IMG/VR virus record: IMGVR_UViG_3300028025_000092
From: a virus
DNA length: 64,000 bases
Strand: one strand, 5' to 3'
Shown: piece by piece, positions 17,175-26,327 of the stretch
Position numbering within the stretch: the stretch's first letter is position 1
How the letters are laid out: each line of letters starts with the position of its first letter
Notes under the pieces: model-generated
Told to the model about the DNA's origin: nothing
Seen by the model: the letters and a program-made list of their open reading frames with translations, nothing else
Databases searched by the model: none
Translations under genes and position numbers: made by a program

Positions 17175-17184
17175 TAGATTTTAC

Positions 17185-18396
17185 ATGAAGCTGATACAAA
17201 CGTTCGTTCCTAATAAGTTTGATCTAAAAAAAGAGAATGATAAAGATATAATCTGGAAGGATTTAATGTATGTTCAAATGCTCAGTGTTCTACTTGCTAA
17301 TAGGGAATATGGGGGTATTTCATTATACACTAATAGAAAAATAAAAAATCAAATATTAGACATAGGTGTTCCCTACACCAATATTGATACCGATATATTA
17401 CAGGACACTACATCCGATTTATTCTGTATACCAAAACTTAGAATATACAAAGAAATAAAGGAGCCATTTGTTCATATAGATACGGATACCCTCGTATACG
17501 ATAGAATAGATTTTTCTAAATATAATGCATCAGTAGTATATTCACATCCTGATCTTAGACCACCAGTTCATAAAAATTGTGACGATAAATTACTTGATAT
17601 CTTTAATAATTATCCATCATTGGGTGATTCTGACTCCTTTTTTAAATCTGCCAAGGTAACATACCTCGATTTATTTAATAAATTAACTAATGAACATTCG
17701 GAATTTAAATTAAATAACATTAGGATAGGGGATATTCCTAATATGAATGTAGTTATCGTTAATGATTATGATAGTTTTAATTTGGCAGCACAAATGTCAC
17801 TAGATCACTATATAAAAAATAAGGATCTAATAGACAATACTAAAAACGGGGAATGTTACATTGAACAGCTTATGATTCATTTAAACCTGATGGAAATAAG
17901 TCAAAAATACAGGGAAGAGGTAGGATTGAAACAAACATTCATTCTTAAAGATTCACCTCTCATGCTTGATGCTAATTTTGGAGCCAACTTAGATAGTATA
18001 GAATTTCCCTTCACTATGATACACAATTCACATAAAGATTCTGAAATAGATGAAACAATTCTTATTAATGGTGTATTATATTCAAAGAAAATGGAATATC
18101 ACGAGCATTACGGTAGAATAACTAGAATTAACACGACGGAGGACATTGTAAAACTCTTCGATTTTAATTTCTATGGTCTTTCTCATCTTTCCTTTTATAA
18201 ATGGTCTGAAATTTTTCAGGCAATAGTAATAGGGTATATTATAAAAAACTTTGGTGAAGAATATGTTAGAAATATTTATGAATATTACAAAACAATCTAT
18301 CCGTCGTTATATAATCTTCCTCCATTATCTAAAGGCGAAATATTATACCAAAAATTGACAGGATTTAAATTTGAAAGGATAAAAGGTTTGATCTGA
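17185..18396 (+). CDS. Putative glycosyltransferase (DUF6734-like)
   Basis: ISLYTN...PKLRIY...EPFVHIDTD (DxD), IEQ motif. Confidence 0.55.
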   Translation: MKLIQTFVPNKFDLKKENDKDIIWKDLMYVQMLSVLLANREYGGISLYTNRKIKNQILDIGVPYTNIDTDILQDTTSDLFCIPKLRIYKEIKEPFVHIDTDTLVYDRIDFSKYNASVVYSHPDLRPPVHKNCDDKLLDIFNNYPSLGDSDSFFKSAKVTYLDLFNKLTNEHSEFKLNNIRIGDIPNMNVVIVNDYDSFNLAAQMSLDHYIKNKDLIDNTKNGECYIEQLMIHLNLMEISQKYREEVGLKQTFILKDSPLMLDANFGANLDSIEFPFTMIHNSHKDSEIDETILINGVLYSKKMEYHEHYGRITRINTTEDIVKLFDFNFYGLSHLSFYKWSEIFQAIVIGYIIKNFGEEYVRNIYEYYKTIYPSLYNLPPLSKGEILYQKLTGFKFERIKGLI

Positions 18397-18404
18397 ATAA
18401 AAAT

Positions 18405-18477
18405 GCGGGAGTAGCTCATTTGGTAGAGCGATAGCCTTCCAAGCTATAGGTGGCCGGTTCGAGCCCGGTCTCCCGCT
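18405..18477 (+). tRNA. tRNA-Gly(TCC)
   Basis: GCGGGAG/CTCCCGC-T, ATAGC-CTTCCAA-GCTAT. Confidence 0.95.
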
Positions 18478-18574
18478 CACACTAAACCAGAATATGCATA
18501 ATAAACTATTCCGGTTTATTTATCAAAAATAGGTTTATTAGGTTACTGTAATATCGAAAATAAAATATAATAAA

Positions 18575-18808
18575 ATGTCACAATCAAGAGTAGTTAAAGC
18601 CTTACTAGCTGGTGCAATTGCTGAAAGAGAGCATGCTCTAATGTCTTTAGAACTTCTAACAGAAAAGTCAGTTGGAATTGGAGATCATACAGCAAACGAT
18701 TTTTTAAAAGATGCAGAGATTGCATTACAGAGGTTAGTAGATGCTGATGATAAGATAGAAGCCATCAATAAGTATTTTTCAGAAGGCAAATTAAGGGAAT
18801 CTGTTTAA
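18575..18808 (+). CDS. Hypothetical helical protein
   Basis: 77 aa, VGIGDH motif, A-rich leader. Confidence 0.7.
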   Translation: MSQSRVVKALLAGAIAEREHALMSLELLTEKSVGIGDHTANDFLKDAEIALQRLVDADDKIEAINKYFSEGKLRESV

Positions 18809-18843
18809 GAATATATAAATTTTATATTTAACACTAATTATAC

Positions 18844-19001
18844 TGGTCGGTGATGAAAAGCGTATGCACGGCAGACATGCCCTCCTGTCTCGAGGGTGCG
18901 GATAACGAGATAGATAAATGGTAATGGGTTGACCACACGCTTGCAAGCATAAGTGCCATTTATTGAATTGCCGCATGGGGGTTCGAATCCTTCCTGACCA
19001 G
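18844..19001 (+). tRNA. Giant (158 nt) tRNA-Asp(GTC)-like RNA with 80-nt variable arm
   Basis: TGGTCGG/CTGACCA-G73; CCCTC-CTGTCTC-GAGGG; GGGGG-TTCGAAT-CCTTC; long paired variable region. Confidence 0.75.
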
Positions 19002-19115
19002 CATTGAACATGGATTCAGCTCCTCCTACCTCTAGTAGTAAAAGTCATATGATGCGCAGTATGATGTTAGATGTTCACCCTCACTTATATTGGGGTTTAA
19101 GAGTAGGATACATTA

Positions 19116-19144
19116 AAAACCCAGATCTAAAAGATCTGGGTTTT
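19116..19144. terminator. Bidirectional intrinsic terminator
   Basis: AAAACCCAGATCT-AAA-AGATCTGGGTTTT between convergent units. Confidence 0.85.
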
Positions 19145-19173
19145 ATTTTTGGAATATTTAAATTACAATAGAA

Positions 19174-19776
19174 TTATTTATGATCCTTTGGACTGCAAAT
19201 CATTTCTAATTGATCCCATTTAAATTTTGGTTTTTCGTTTAGAAAAACAAAGCATCTCCATTTTTTCTGAGATTCAAAATAAATATGTTTTTGTAGATAT
19301 GAAGGAATGGCTGCATTAGTAGCAACTCTTTTTACCGGATTATCAAAAAATATTTTAATTAAAACTGTTAAATTTTCGGTGTCGTCCCATTTTCTAATCT
19401 GCTCTTCCAGCATTCTCCATTCCCCTCTATTTAAATATTGATTCTGCATTATACAATTAAGATAAGAAAAGGTTTGCTTTAAATTTTCCATGTTATCTGA
19501 AAATGTAGCGGCGGGTGCTCCGTGTCCTTTGTCATAAACATTCTTTATATAATCTTCACCATCGGATGTTTTAATTGTCTTCTCCGGGTAAAAATCCATT
19601 GATCCCCTATTAACATTAGTTGGTCTATTAGTAGATCTGTACTTAATCCATAAAGGTTGCTCTAATTTTTGAGAATAGAGTACTTCAAAAACCTGATTTT
19701 TTATTCTGACTGTATCCTGTGCTTTTAATCCAATTGATAGTGTAAGAATCAATAATAGCGTTAGAAATTTCTTCAT
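19174..19776 (-). CDS. Secreted DNA/RNA non-specific (beta-beta-alpha-Me) endonuclease
   Basis: Signal peptide MKKFLTLLLILTLSIGLKA; YDKGH (DRGH-like), TF..LN..Q...NRG.W..LE. Confidence 0.85.
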   Translation of the reverse strand: MKKFLTLLLILTLSIGLKAQDTVRIKNQVFEVLYSQKLEQPLWIKYRSTNRPTNVNRGSMDFYPEKTIKTSDGEDYIKNVYDKGHGAPAATFSDNMENLKQTFSYLNCIMQNQYLNRGEWRMLEEQIRKWDDTENLTVLIKIFFDNPVKRVATNAAIPSYLQKHIYFESQKKWRCFVFLNEKPKFKWDQLEMICSPKDHK

Positions 19777-21182
19777 TTTTTTAATTTTAATTTATTAATC
19801 GGAACATTTATATGTTTACCGAAGGGAATCCTACGATCAGTAGTTATTGCCCATATTATTTTTTTGTGCCAATTTGGTTTTTCAGGATCTTCGGCACCTC
19901 CATCCGTGAAATATATCATGCATGCTAGATCTTTGCCTTTTTTAATTAGGTTATTTTCCACCCATTTTATTGGGGGATTAAAACCCTCTTCGTTTCCTCC
20001 AGTGGATTTTTGTTTTTCCAAATCCAGCAATTGACCTGGCGATTTTAACCTGTCAATATCACCAGAAGGTGGCTCTATCCCATCGCTACAATAGATAATA
20101 TATATTTCTTTTGGGAGAAAACACTTTAATATGCTTCTAGATTCCTCTATAAAAGCATTGTACTCCTCTTTCCCTATACTTCCTGAGGTATCTATTGCTA
20201 TTACTATTGTACCAAGACCCTCCATTCTTCCTTTAAGCCCAGGAAGGTAAAGATCTTGAAAGATGTGTCTCCTGTTTGGTATCTTATACACAGAAAAATC
20301 ATCATCCATCTCTGAGGTGTATCTTTGTAGTGTTTTTTTCCAATCTACTTGTGGATTCATCAGATTGTCTATAAATTTTCTTAAAGCTGGGGATGTTCCG
20401 CCATTACCCGTTCCCTTATTAGACGATCTTTCTGTTATTTCCCTTATTTTTCTAGTCACCTCTCTTTTCTTTAATGTGTTATCTTTCAGAGGCTGGAATA
20501 ATTTTTTATTTTGACTACCACCAGAATCATCCCATCCTTTATCCGATGAACCTTTTTTATCCGAACTACCTTCGCCGGAATCCAAAACCTCGGTTTCTTT
20601 GTTCGTTTTTTTATCTAAGTTCTGTTTTTTATTTTCTTCTAAGGAACCCTCAGATTTTAATAAATCCCCTATTATAACCTCGTTGATATAGCTTTCATTT
20701 ATTTCCCCGGGATTTAAAACGTCACAATAAGACCTGTATTCTACTACTTGTTGGATTTTACCACTGAGTATATCATCATATATTTCTTCAGCTGAGCCAT
20801 TTATAAATCTCGAATCTTGGTATTCTTTAGGAAGAAAAGATTTACAAATTCCATCAAGATATTGATGGGAAATTATATCACAGGCCAGATTCCACTCGTG
20901 GAATAGATTATCATTCTTTCTATCAAAATGTTGTAATGCTAGGTGTATTATTCCCTGATTTATTGACCATGTTATCTCTTCGTCACTTATCTCCAAACAA
21001 TTTAGAGGGTTAAATATAAAAGCTGTACCGTCCGTCGAAAAAAATTGGCAATCATTGGACGAAGCTACAGGGATCTCAGAAAGAAAATTTCCAAAAAATC
21101 CTCCCTTCATTAAAATCTTGGAAACACATCTTTTTATCTTGATGACAGATTTTTCGTAGTTTTCTTTATCCGATATATTCAT
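19773..21182 (-). CDS. Fused DUF2201 metallopeptidase-like + VWA protein (degenerate HExxH)
   Basis: STDG..F.FNP, NQGIIH in place of HExxH, WNLACD, VDWK, PNRR, IDTSGS. Confidence 0.8.
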   Translation of the reverse strand: MNISDKENYEKSVIKIKRCVSKILMKGGFFGNFLSEIPVASSNDCQFFSTDGTAFIFNPLNCLEISDEEITWSINQGIIHLALQHFDRKNDNLFHEWNLACDIISHQYLDGICKSFLPKEYQDSRFINGSAEEIYDDILSGKIQQVVEYRSYCDVLNPGEINESYINEVIIGDLLKSEGSLEENKKQNLDKKTNKETEVLDSGEGSSDKKGSSDKGWDDSGGSQNKKLFQPLKDNTLKKREVTRKIREITERSSNKGTGNGGTSPALRKFIDNLMNPQVDWKKTLQRYTSEMDDDFSVYKIPNRRHIFQDLYLPGLKGRMEGLGTIVIAIDTSGSIGKEEYNAFIEESRSILKCFLPKEIYIIYCSDGIEPPSGDIDRLKSPGQLLDLEKQKSTGGNEEGFNPPIKWVENNLIKKGKDLACMIYFTDGGAEDPEKPNWHKKIIWAITTDRRIPFGKHINVPINKLKLKK

Positions 21183-21192
21183 TTAATGGCTA

Positions 21193-22443
21193 TTATACTT
21201 CCCTCATGAAATTTCTATACTTGGATACGAAAGGAGTAACATTTTTTTCCAGGGTTACGTCGCTAAGATAATCCTTAACCTCTGGGTGTGTTCTTTTAAT
21301 TAAATTTAAACCGCTCATCGCTATTTCGCCGGAATCTAGATTTATCAGATATTCAACAAAATTTATAAATTCTTCTTTCGATATAACTTTTCCATTTTTG
21401 TATTTGGATGTCATATACATTACAGCATACGACTTTCTAAGATCATAATTTCCGGAATCTAAAACGGGAAGAGATAGATCTGAATTTTTAGGATCGCTAA
21501 ATATTCTAGAGATTCTTTCAACTGGCCAAACTTTGGTTGTTTCTATAAAATCTGTTATAATCGAAGATACTTTTTTGCCGACATGCTTATTAAATATCTT
21601 ATTGATTTCTTTCTCCGATAGAATTTCATCTTTTGCTATTTTTTTTCTTTCGGAGTATTCCCTTGCTGCATAATCCCAGGATCTTGGCGTTACCCCCATT
21701 GTCGTGTCGAGTGTCGATATGGATTCAGGAGAGATGTAAAAATATTCTTGCATGAGTTCTACAAAAGAAACAACATCATCGTCGAGATCTCTGTTTCTTG
21801 CCCACTCTACCCAGCTAGATGGATCGGAGATAAGATTAATTTGTGCGAATCTATTTGCCAAAGCAAAACTCATCGGTTTTATAGATCCACCTGGTTCATC
21901 CTCCTGTCTATTTGCTGCGGCAACTATTAGCCATTTGTCTGGGATCTTATAATTTGCTCCTGCTATCTCCCGATCAAAAATAACTTTAAGCATTGCTGCT
22001 TGAACCGATGGATGTGCTCTATTGATCTCGTCCAAAAATATTATTCCGCCCTTCCCCTCAACCTTTGTTTTGTTTCCTGTATTGTCGATAATTTCTTTAT
22101 CTCCATTATCAATAGGCCATATTCTTGGAAGATAATTGACCGATCTTTTTATATCTGGTATTTTCTCGTCTGGGAGTATTCCAGGAAGTCCTACAACATC
22201 AGTCGGTTCCATAAGGCTAAGAATAACCTCGATCACAGGAACTTCTTTATTTTCTAGTCCAAAAGATTTTACTATTGAGGTTTTACCTATTCCAGGTGCT
22301 CCCCATATTAGCAGGGGTCTTCCTGATTCAGGATTTCTAAAATGATATTCTAGCTCATCTATGAGCTCCTTGGGGGTAAAATTATCAATTTCGGGGTCCT
22401 GAGTCTTTTGTGCAATTTTCCAAACTGGATCTAATTCATTCAT
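21193..22443 (-). CDS. MoxR-like AAA+ ATPase (second copy)
   Basis: GAPGIGKT, IFLDE, ALANRF, TPRSW; start revised to MNELDP after GATATATA (22450-22457). Confidence 0.9.
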   Translation of the reverse strand: MNELDPVWKIAQKTQDPEIDNFTPKELIDELEYHFRNPESGRPLLIWGAPGIGKTSIVKSFGLENKEVPVIEVILSLMEPTDVVGLPGILPDEKIPDIKRSVNYLPRIWPIDNGDKEIIDNTGNKTKVEGKGGIIFLDEINRAHPSVQAAMLKVIFDREIAGANYKIPDKWLIVAAANRQEDEPGGSIKPMSFALANRFAQINLISDPSSWVEWARNRDLDDDVVSFVELMQEYFYISPESISTLDTTMGVTPRSWDYAAREYSERKKIAKDEILSEKEINKIFNKHVGKKVSSIITDFIETTKVWPVERISRIFSDPKNSDLSLPVLDSGNYDLRKSYAVMYMTSKYKNGKVISKEEFINFVEYLINLDSGEIAMSGLNLIKRTHPEVKDYLSDVTLEKNVTPFVSKYRNFMREV

Positions 22444-22529
22444 TATTTTTATATATCGAAAAATAAAACCGCTCAATAATGAAATATTATTAAGGTTTAG
22501 GGATAGAAATAAAGAAATATCACACAACA

Positions 22530-23315
22530 ATGAAGGCTTTCGGTAAATTTGACGCAGCTATTAACTGGACTAAAGAGAAAATGCACGACTTTTGTTACGA
22601 GGTCCACACTGAAAAGTGGCAGGGAAAGGATATTAAAGGAGACGATAGGTTTGCAATGATTGAAATACTTAACCACTCTTTTACATGTACAATGGTAGAG
22701 GATCTCCCCACCCTAGTAGATCAGATCAAGCCCAATTTACCCTGGGCAAATGACCATTTTGAAGAAAGGGTCAGTGGAAGACCCCTAAATCCCCCTCCTT
22801 CCCATAATTGGTGGCCATTTGCTCAGAAGAACAATGCTGAATTCGGGGGGAACACTAAATTTTCACACACATATCCAGAAAGGATCTGGCCTAAATATGC
22901 AGATAAAAGTGTAGGGGTGGATCCACATAAAGGAATAAGATTTAATTACGGAGATTTTGATGATGTGATTAATCTAATGGTCAAGGAGCCATTTACTAGA
23001 CAGGCATTTCTTCCGATTTGGTTTCCTGAAGATACTGGAGGGGCAAACGGAGAAAGAGTACCTTGTACAATAGGATATCATTTCATTAGGAGACATAATT
23101 ACCTACATGTAGTTTACTATATTAGATCCTGTGATTTCTTTAGACATTTTAGAGACGACATTTATTTAGCGTGTAGGAAGGTTATTTGGGCACTGGAAAA
23201 ATTGAGAGAGAAAGATCCAGATTCATGGAATGATGTTAAGCCTGGGATGTATACGATGCATATAACATCACTACATGCATTCAAGCACGAAAAGGTTTTA
23301 TTAAAGAAGAAATAA
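22530..23315 (+). CDS. Thymidylate synthase-fold enzyme, possibly dCMP (hydroxy)methyltransferase
   Basis: TRQA, VPCT catalytic Cys, RSCDFFRHFRDDIY, SLHAF. Confidence 0.75.
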   Translation: MKAFGKFDAAINWTKEKMHDFCYEVHTEKWQGKDIKGDDRFAMIEILNHSFTCTMVEDLPTLVDQIKPNLPWANDHFEERVSGRPLNPPPSHNWWPFAQKNNAEFGGNTKFSHTYPERIWPKYADKSVGVDPHKGIRFNYGDFDDVINLMVKEPFTRQAFLPIWFPEDTGGANGERVPCTIGYHFIRRHNYLHVVYYIRSCDFFRHFRDDIYLACRKVIWALEKLREKDPDSWNDVKPGMYTMHITSLHAFKHEKVLLKKK

Positions 23316-23370
23316 ACTACGTTTTTATAATACGCTAAATAATTTTATCTTTACGTCTAAACAATAAAAA

Positions 23371-23619
23371 ATGGCAGATTTTTGCAATAAATGTTCAGTA
23401 GAAATGGGATTTCCTGAACCCGATATAGATGTCTATAAAATATGGGAATCTTTAGAACCTGGATTTTTTGAGGGTCATATTTGTGAAGGATGCGGATTTG
23501 TTGGAATAGCAAGAAGTGAAAATGACGAGCTTTTTGTGATACACCAAAACGGTGACGGCGAATCGGTTTTTTATGATTATGAAAAATATGAAGGATTAAA
23601 AATAGACGACAATGAGTGA
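23371..23619 (+). CDS. Small Zn-ribbon protein
   Basis: CNKC...CEGC. Confidence 0.65.
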   Translation: MADFCNKCSVEMGFPEPDIDVYKIWESLEPGFFEGHICEGCGFVGIARSENDELFVIHQNGDGESVFYDYEKYEGLKIDDNE

Positions 23620-24157
23620 TACACCAGCTTATCTTAGGGCTTCTTTAAAAACCGGAAAACCGGTTGTTTACATCGACATGGACGGGGTTCTATGTGACTT
23701 TGACAAAAGACACGAAAAACTAATGTCTAAGGGAATAAATCAATTTCAGGCTTTTAATCACACACTTGCATTTAAAGATCTTGATCCTATTCCGGGTGCT
23801 ATTGAAGCGTGGCATGCTTTACAAGAAAAATATGACACGTACATTCTTTCAACAGCTATGTGGTCTAACGTAGAAGCATGGACAGACAAAAGAGTATGGG
23901 TACAGAAGTTTCTTGGAAAAAGTGCAAATAAAAAATTAATACTTTCGCACAATAAGGGTCTTTTAAATGGAAGTTATCTGATAGACGATAGGATTGCTAA
24001 TGGTGTTGCAGATTTCGAGGGTGAACATATACATTTCGGAACAGAAAAATTCCCGACATGGAAAGAGGTTTTAGACTATTTACTAACCACACAGGAAGAA
24101 TATGATGAGGAAAATCAAGACAGCAATATTTTACAAGATAAAGAGATATCTCGGTAA
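23612..24157 (+). CDS. 5'(3')-deoxyribonucleotidase (NT5C, HAD family)
   Basis: YIDMDGVLCDF, PIPGA, K.W, LIDD. Confidence 0.9.
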   Translation: MSDTPAYLRASLKTGKPVVYIDMDGVLCDFDKRHEKLMSKGINQFQAFNHTLAFKDLDPIPGAIEAWHALQEKYDTYILSTAMWSNVEAWTDKRVWVQKFLGKSANKKLILSHNKGLLNGSYLIDDRIANGVADFEGEHIHFGTEKFPTWKEVLDYLLTTQEEYDEENQDSNILQDKEISR

Positions 24158-24518
24158 GAGAAGAAAGTCTCAATTAAGGAAAGCAACAAAAAGCCTTAAG
24201 GAAAATCAATCTAAAATAGTTGATATAGCAAACTATTTAATGCAAAGCCCAGAATCTAAATTGATTCATTCTGTTATATCTGGTACATTTTTCATAGAAT
24301 ATAGAGAGGTAATATGTAGAATAGAAAGCGATAGAATAGTAATAACCAATGGATTATATTCTTATGATATTTCAGTCCCTATAGAGATAAATTACGACAT
24401 ATCTAAAAGATTTTTAAATCATTTAGAATCAAGAAAAAGATCGGTAGAGAAAAAAATAAATAATAAATTGTCTGCATCCCTATCTAGGGTACATGAACAA
24501 ATAATTTTTGCCCGATAG
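24102..24518 (+). CDS. Hypothetical basic protein
   Basis: 138-aa ORF. Confidence 0.6.
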   Translation: MMRKIKTAIFYKIKRYLGKRRKSQLRKATKSLKENQSKIVDIANYLMQSPESKLIHSVISGTFFIEYREVICRIESDRIVITNGLYSYDISVPIEINYDISKRFLNHLESRKRSVEKKINNKLSASLSRVHEQIIFAR

Positions 24519-24564
24519 CATTAACTGAAACAAACCTTTTTCATTATAATATATAGTATTAGAT

Positions 24565-24637
24565 TTAGAGACTTACTCTAAGTTGCTTCCGGGTCTACAA
24601 GCCTTGGAGTGTCTTCACGAGGGACACAAAGGAAGTT
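24565..24637 (+). promoter_or_regulatory. Structured 5' UTR (candidate cis-regulatory RNA)
   Basis: TTAGAG/CTCTAA hairpin; GCTTCC/GGAAGT closing a junction with GGGT-CTACAA-GCCT and GTGTCTT/GGGACAC. Confidence 0.45.
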
Positions 24638-24657
24638 GCTAAATATAAGTGAAAATC

Positions 24658-25464
24658 ATGTACATCACTTCAACAAGTGGGTGGACAACAAGCAAGCCTT
24701 GTGTTGCCCAAATTACAAAAAAGAAAAACCGACTAAAGGTTTATCCATCAACAAAAGATCAGGTATATCTTAACGATGGCGACGAATTCGAAATCGAATT
24801 ATTCAATCCAAAAACATCCCCGGTCTTAGCTAAGATCAGTATTAACGGAAAAAGAATCTCTGAAAGAGGTATTATTCTTAATCCGGGACAAAGAGTTTTT
24901 TTAGAGAGATTCTTAGATTCCCCAGATAAACTTAAATTTTCAACCTATAAGGTAAATAATTCTCAAGAGGTTAAAGAAGCCATTGCTAATAATGGTTTAG
25001 TTAAAATTGAATTTTATGACGAGTGTCTTCCTTATCCCAGAACATACACAGGGACAATATCAACAGGGACAACCTGGACTACTCTCGGAAATCCTATTAC
25101 ATATACGAATACTAACACCTTCTATAATTCAGATTTAAATACGACCGGTGGTAGTTTTACATTAACATCGGGCATCTCTAATTCTTCTATAGCTGGATCT
25201 CTAGATACTACTCCAATAAAGAAAAGTAAAAGAGCAGATTCGCTAGAGACTGGAAGGGTAGAAGCAGGATCCAAGTCAGATCAAGATTTTCAAAACGGAC
25301 AGGGTAATTTCAGTTCTTATCCTTCGAACGTGGTTGAATTTCAGATCCTCCCTATTGCCCAAAAGAATATAGAGGCTAAAGAGATCAGATCATACTGCAC
25401 AGAATGCGGTACCAGAAACAAAAAAGATTGGAAATTCTGTCCAACCTGCGGTAATAAATTCTAA
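24658..25464 (+). CDS. Zinc-ribbon domain protein
   Basis: DEFEIELFNP N-domain; C-terminal CTEC...CPTC. Confidence 0.75.
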   Translation: MYITSTSGWTTSKPCVAQITKKKNRLKVYPSTKDQVYLNDGDEFEIELFNPKTSPVLAKISINGKRISERGIILNPGQRVFLERFLDSPDKLKFSTYKVNNSQEVKEAIANNGLVKIEFYDECLPYPRTYTGTISTGTTWTTLGNPITYTNTNTFYNSDLNTTGGSFTLTSGISNSSIAGSLDTTPIKKSKRADSLETGRVEAGSKSDQDFQNGQGNFSSYPSNVVEFQILPIAQKNIEAKEIRSYCTECGTRNKKDWKFCPTCGNKF

Positions 25465-25483
25465 ATAGTTTTAACTCGTGACG

Positions 25484-25512
25484 AAAGACCCACCCCCTTA
25501 GGTGGGTTTTTT
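25484..25512 (+). terminator. Intrinsic terminator
   Basis: ACCCACC/GGTGGGT stem + T tract. Confidence 0.8.
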
Positions 25513-25569
25513 GTGAAACATTTTTTAAACACGGAGAAATTACTTACATTTGAATCATAAAATAACATT

Positions 25570-25818
25570 ATGGATAATTTAAATAGAATTAACGAGGAAT
25601 TGGAATCTATAGAAGATTTTGAGGATCTTTCAATCATGGCATTTAATGATCTTTTTAAGTGCCTTACAGAGGGAAATCCTGTAAGAATCTTAAAAATGGA
25701 GGGTACTACAGAGATAATAAAGGAAATGATGGATCATTTTATAGGGAGGGAAGAATATGAAAAGTGTGCTAAAATAGCATCGATTTTAAAAAATCCAAAC
25801 AAATATCTGGATTTTTAA
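25570..25818 (+). CDS. Hypothetical protein with UVR-like EEYEKCAKI motif
   Basis: 82 aa; TACATTTG upstream. Confidence 0.65.
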   Translation: MDNLNRINEELESIEDFEDLSIMAFNDLFKCLTEGNPVRILKMEGTTEIIKEMMDHFIGREEYEKCAKIASILKNPNKYLDF

Positions 25819-25873
25819 AGAAATTTATAGTGATCTAGAATATATAAGCTGTAAAGAAATATAAAGTATTCTT

Positions 25874-26251
25874 ATGCAGAATTTAAAACAGATGGAGGAT
25901 TATAAAAAAGATAGGCTCTCCAAAGCAAATCAAGAAGGTGGCGACGAATCAGAATTAGATATGGATCTAATGGAAGTACCAGACGCTGAAGTAGAGGGAG
26001 ATGAGGAATTTGATTCACCAGAGGGCGATACATTCTCTGCTGAAATTCCAGCTGCTCCTGTTGAGGTAGAGGGTAACGGATCCAGACCTTATATGGTAAT
26101 AACCAACTTGAAGAAGATAGCAGATCATGCTAATCAACTAATAGGAATGGTCCAATCATCAGGTAAAGTTGAGGAATGGGCAGTAGATCATATTACAACT
26201 TCAGCAGACGATATTGAGGAGGTATTTAACTATTATAAGTATAAGGATTAA
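25874..26251 (+). CDS. Acidic hypothetical protein, possibly head-associated
   Basis: VEEWAVDHITTSADDIEEV; AATATATA upstream. Confidence 0.65.
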   Translation: MQNLKQMEDYKKDRLSKANQEGGDESELDMDLMEVPDAEVEGDEEFDSPEGDTFSAEIPAAPVEVEGNGSRPYMVITNLKKIADHANQLIGMVQSSGKVEEWAVDHITTSADDIEEVFNYYKYKD

Positions 26252-26272
26252 TTTTATTTAACTAATATTCAG

Positions 26273-26299
26273 AAGCCTCGGAAACCCCGGGGCTTTTTT
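26273..26299 (+). terminator. Intrinsic terminator overlapping the next promoter
   Basis: AAGCCTCGG/CCGGGGCTT + T tract; GAAAC-N18-TATAAT embedded. Confidence 0.75.
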
Positions 26300-26327
26300 A
26301 TTGTATAATAGTTAAATAAAAATACCA

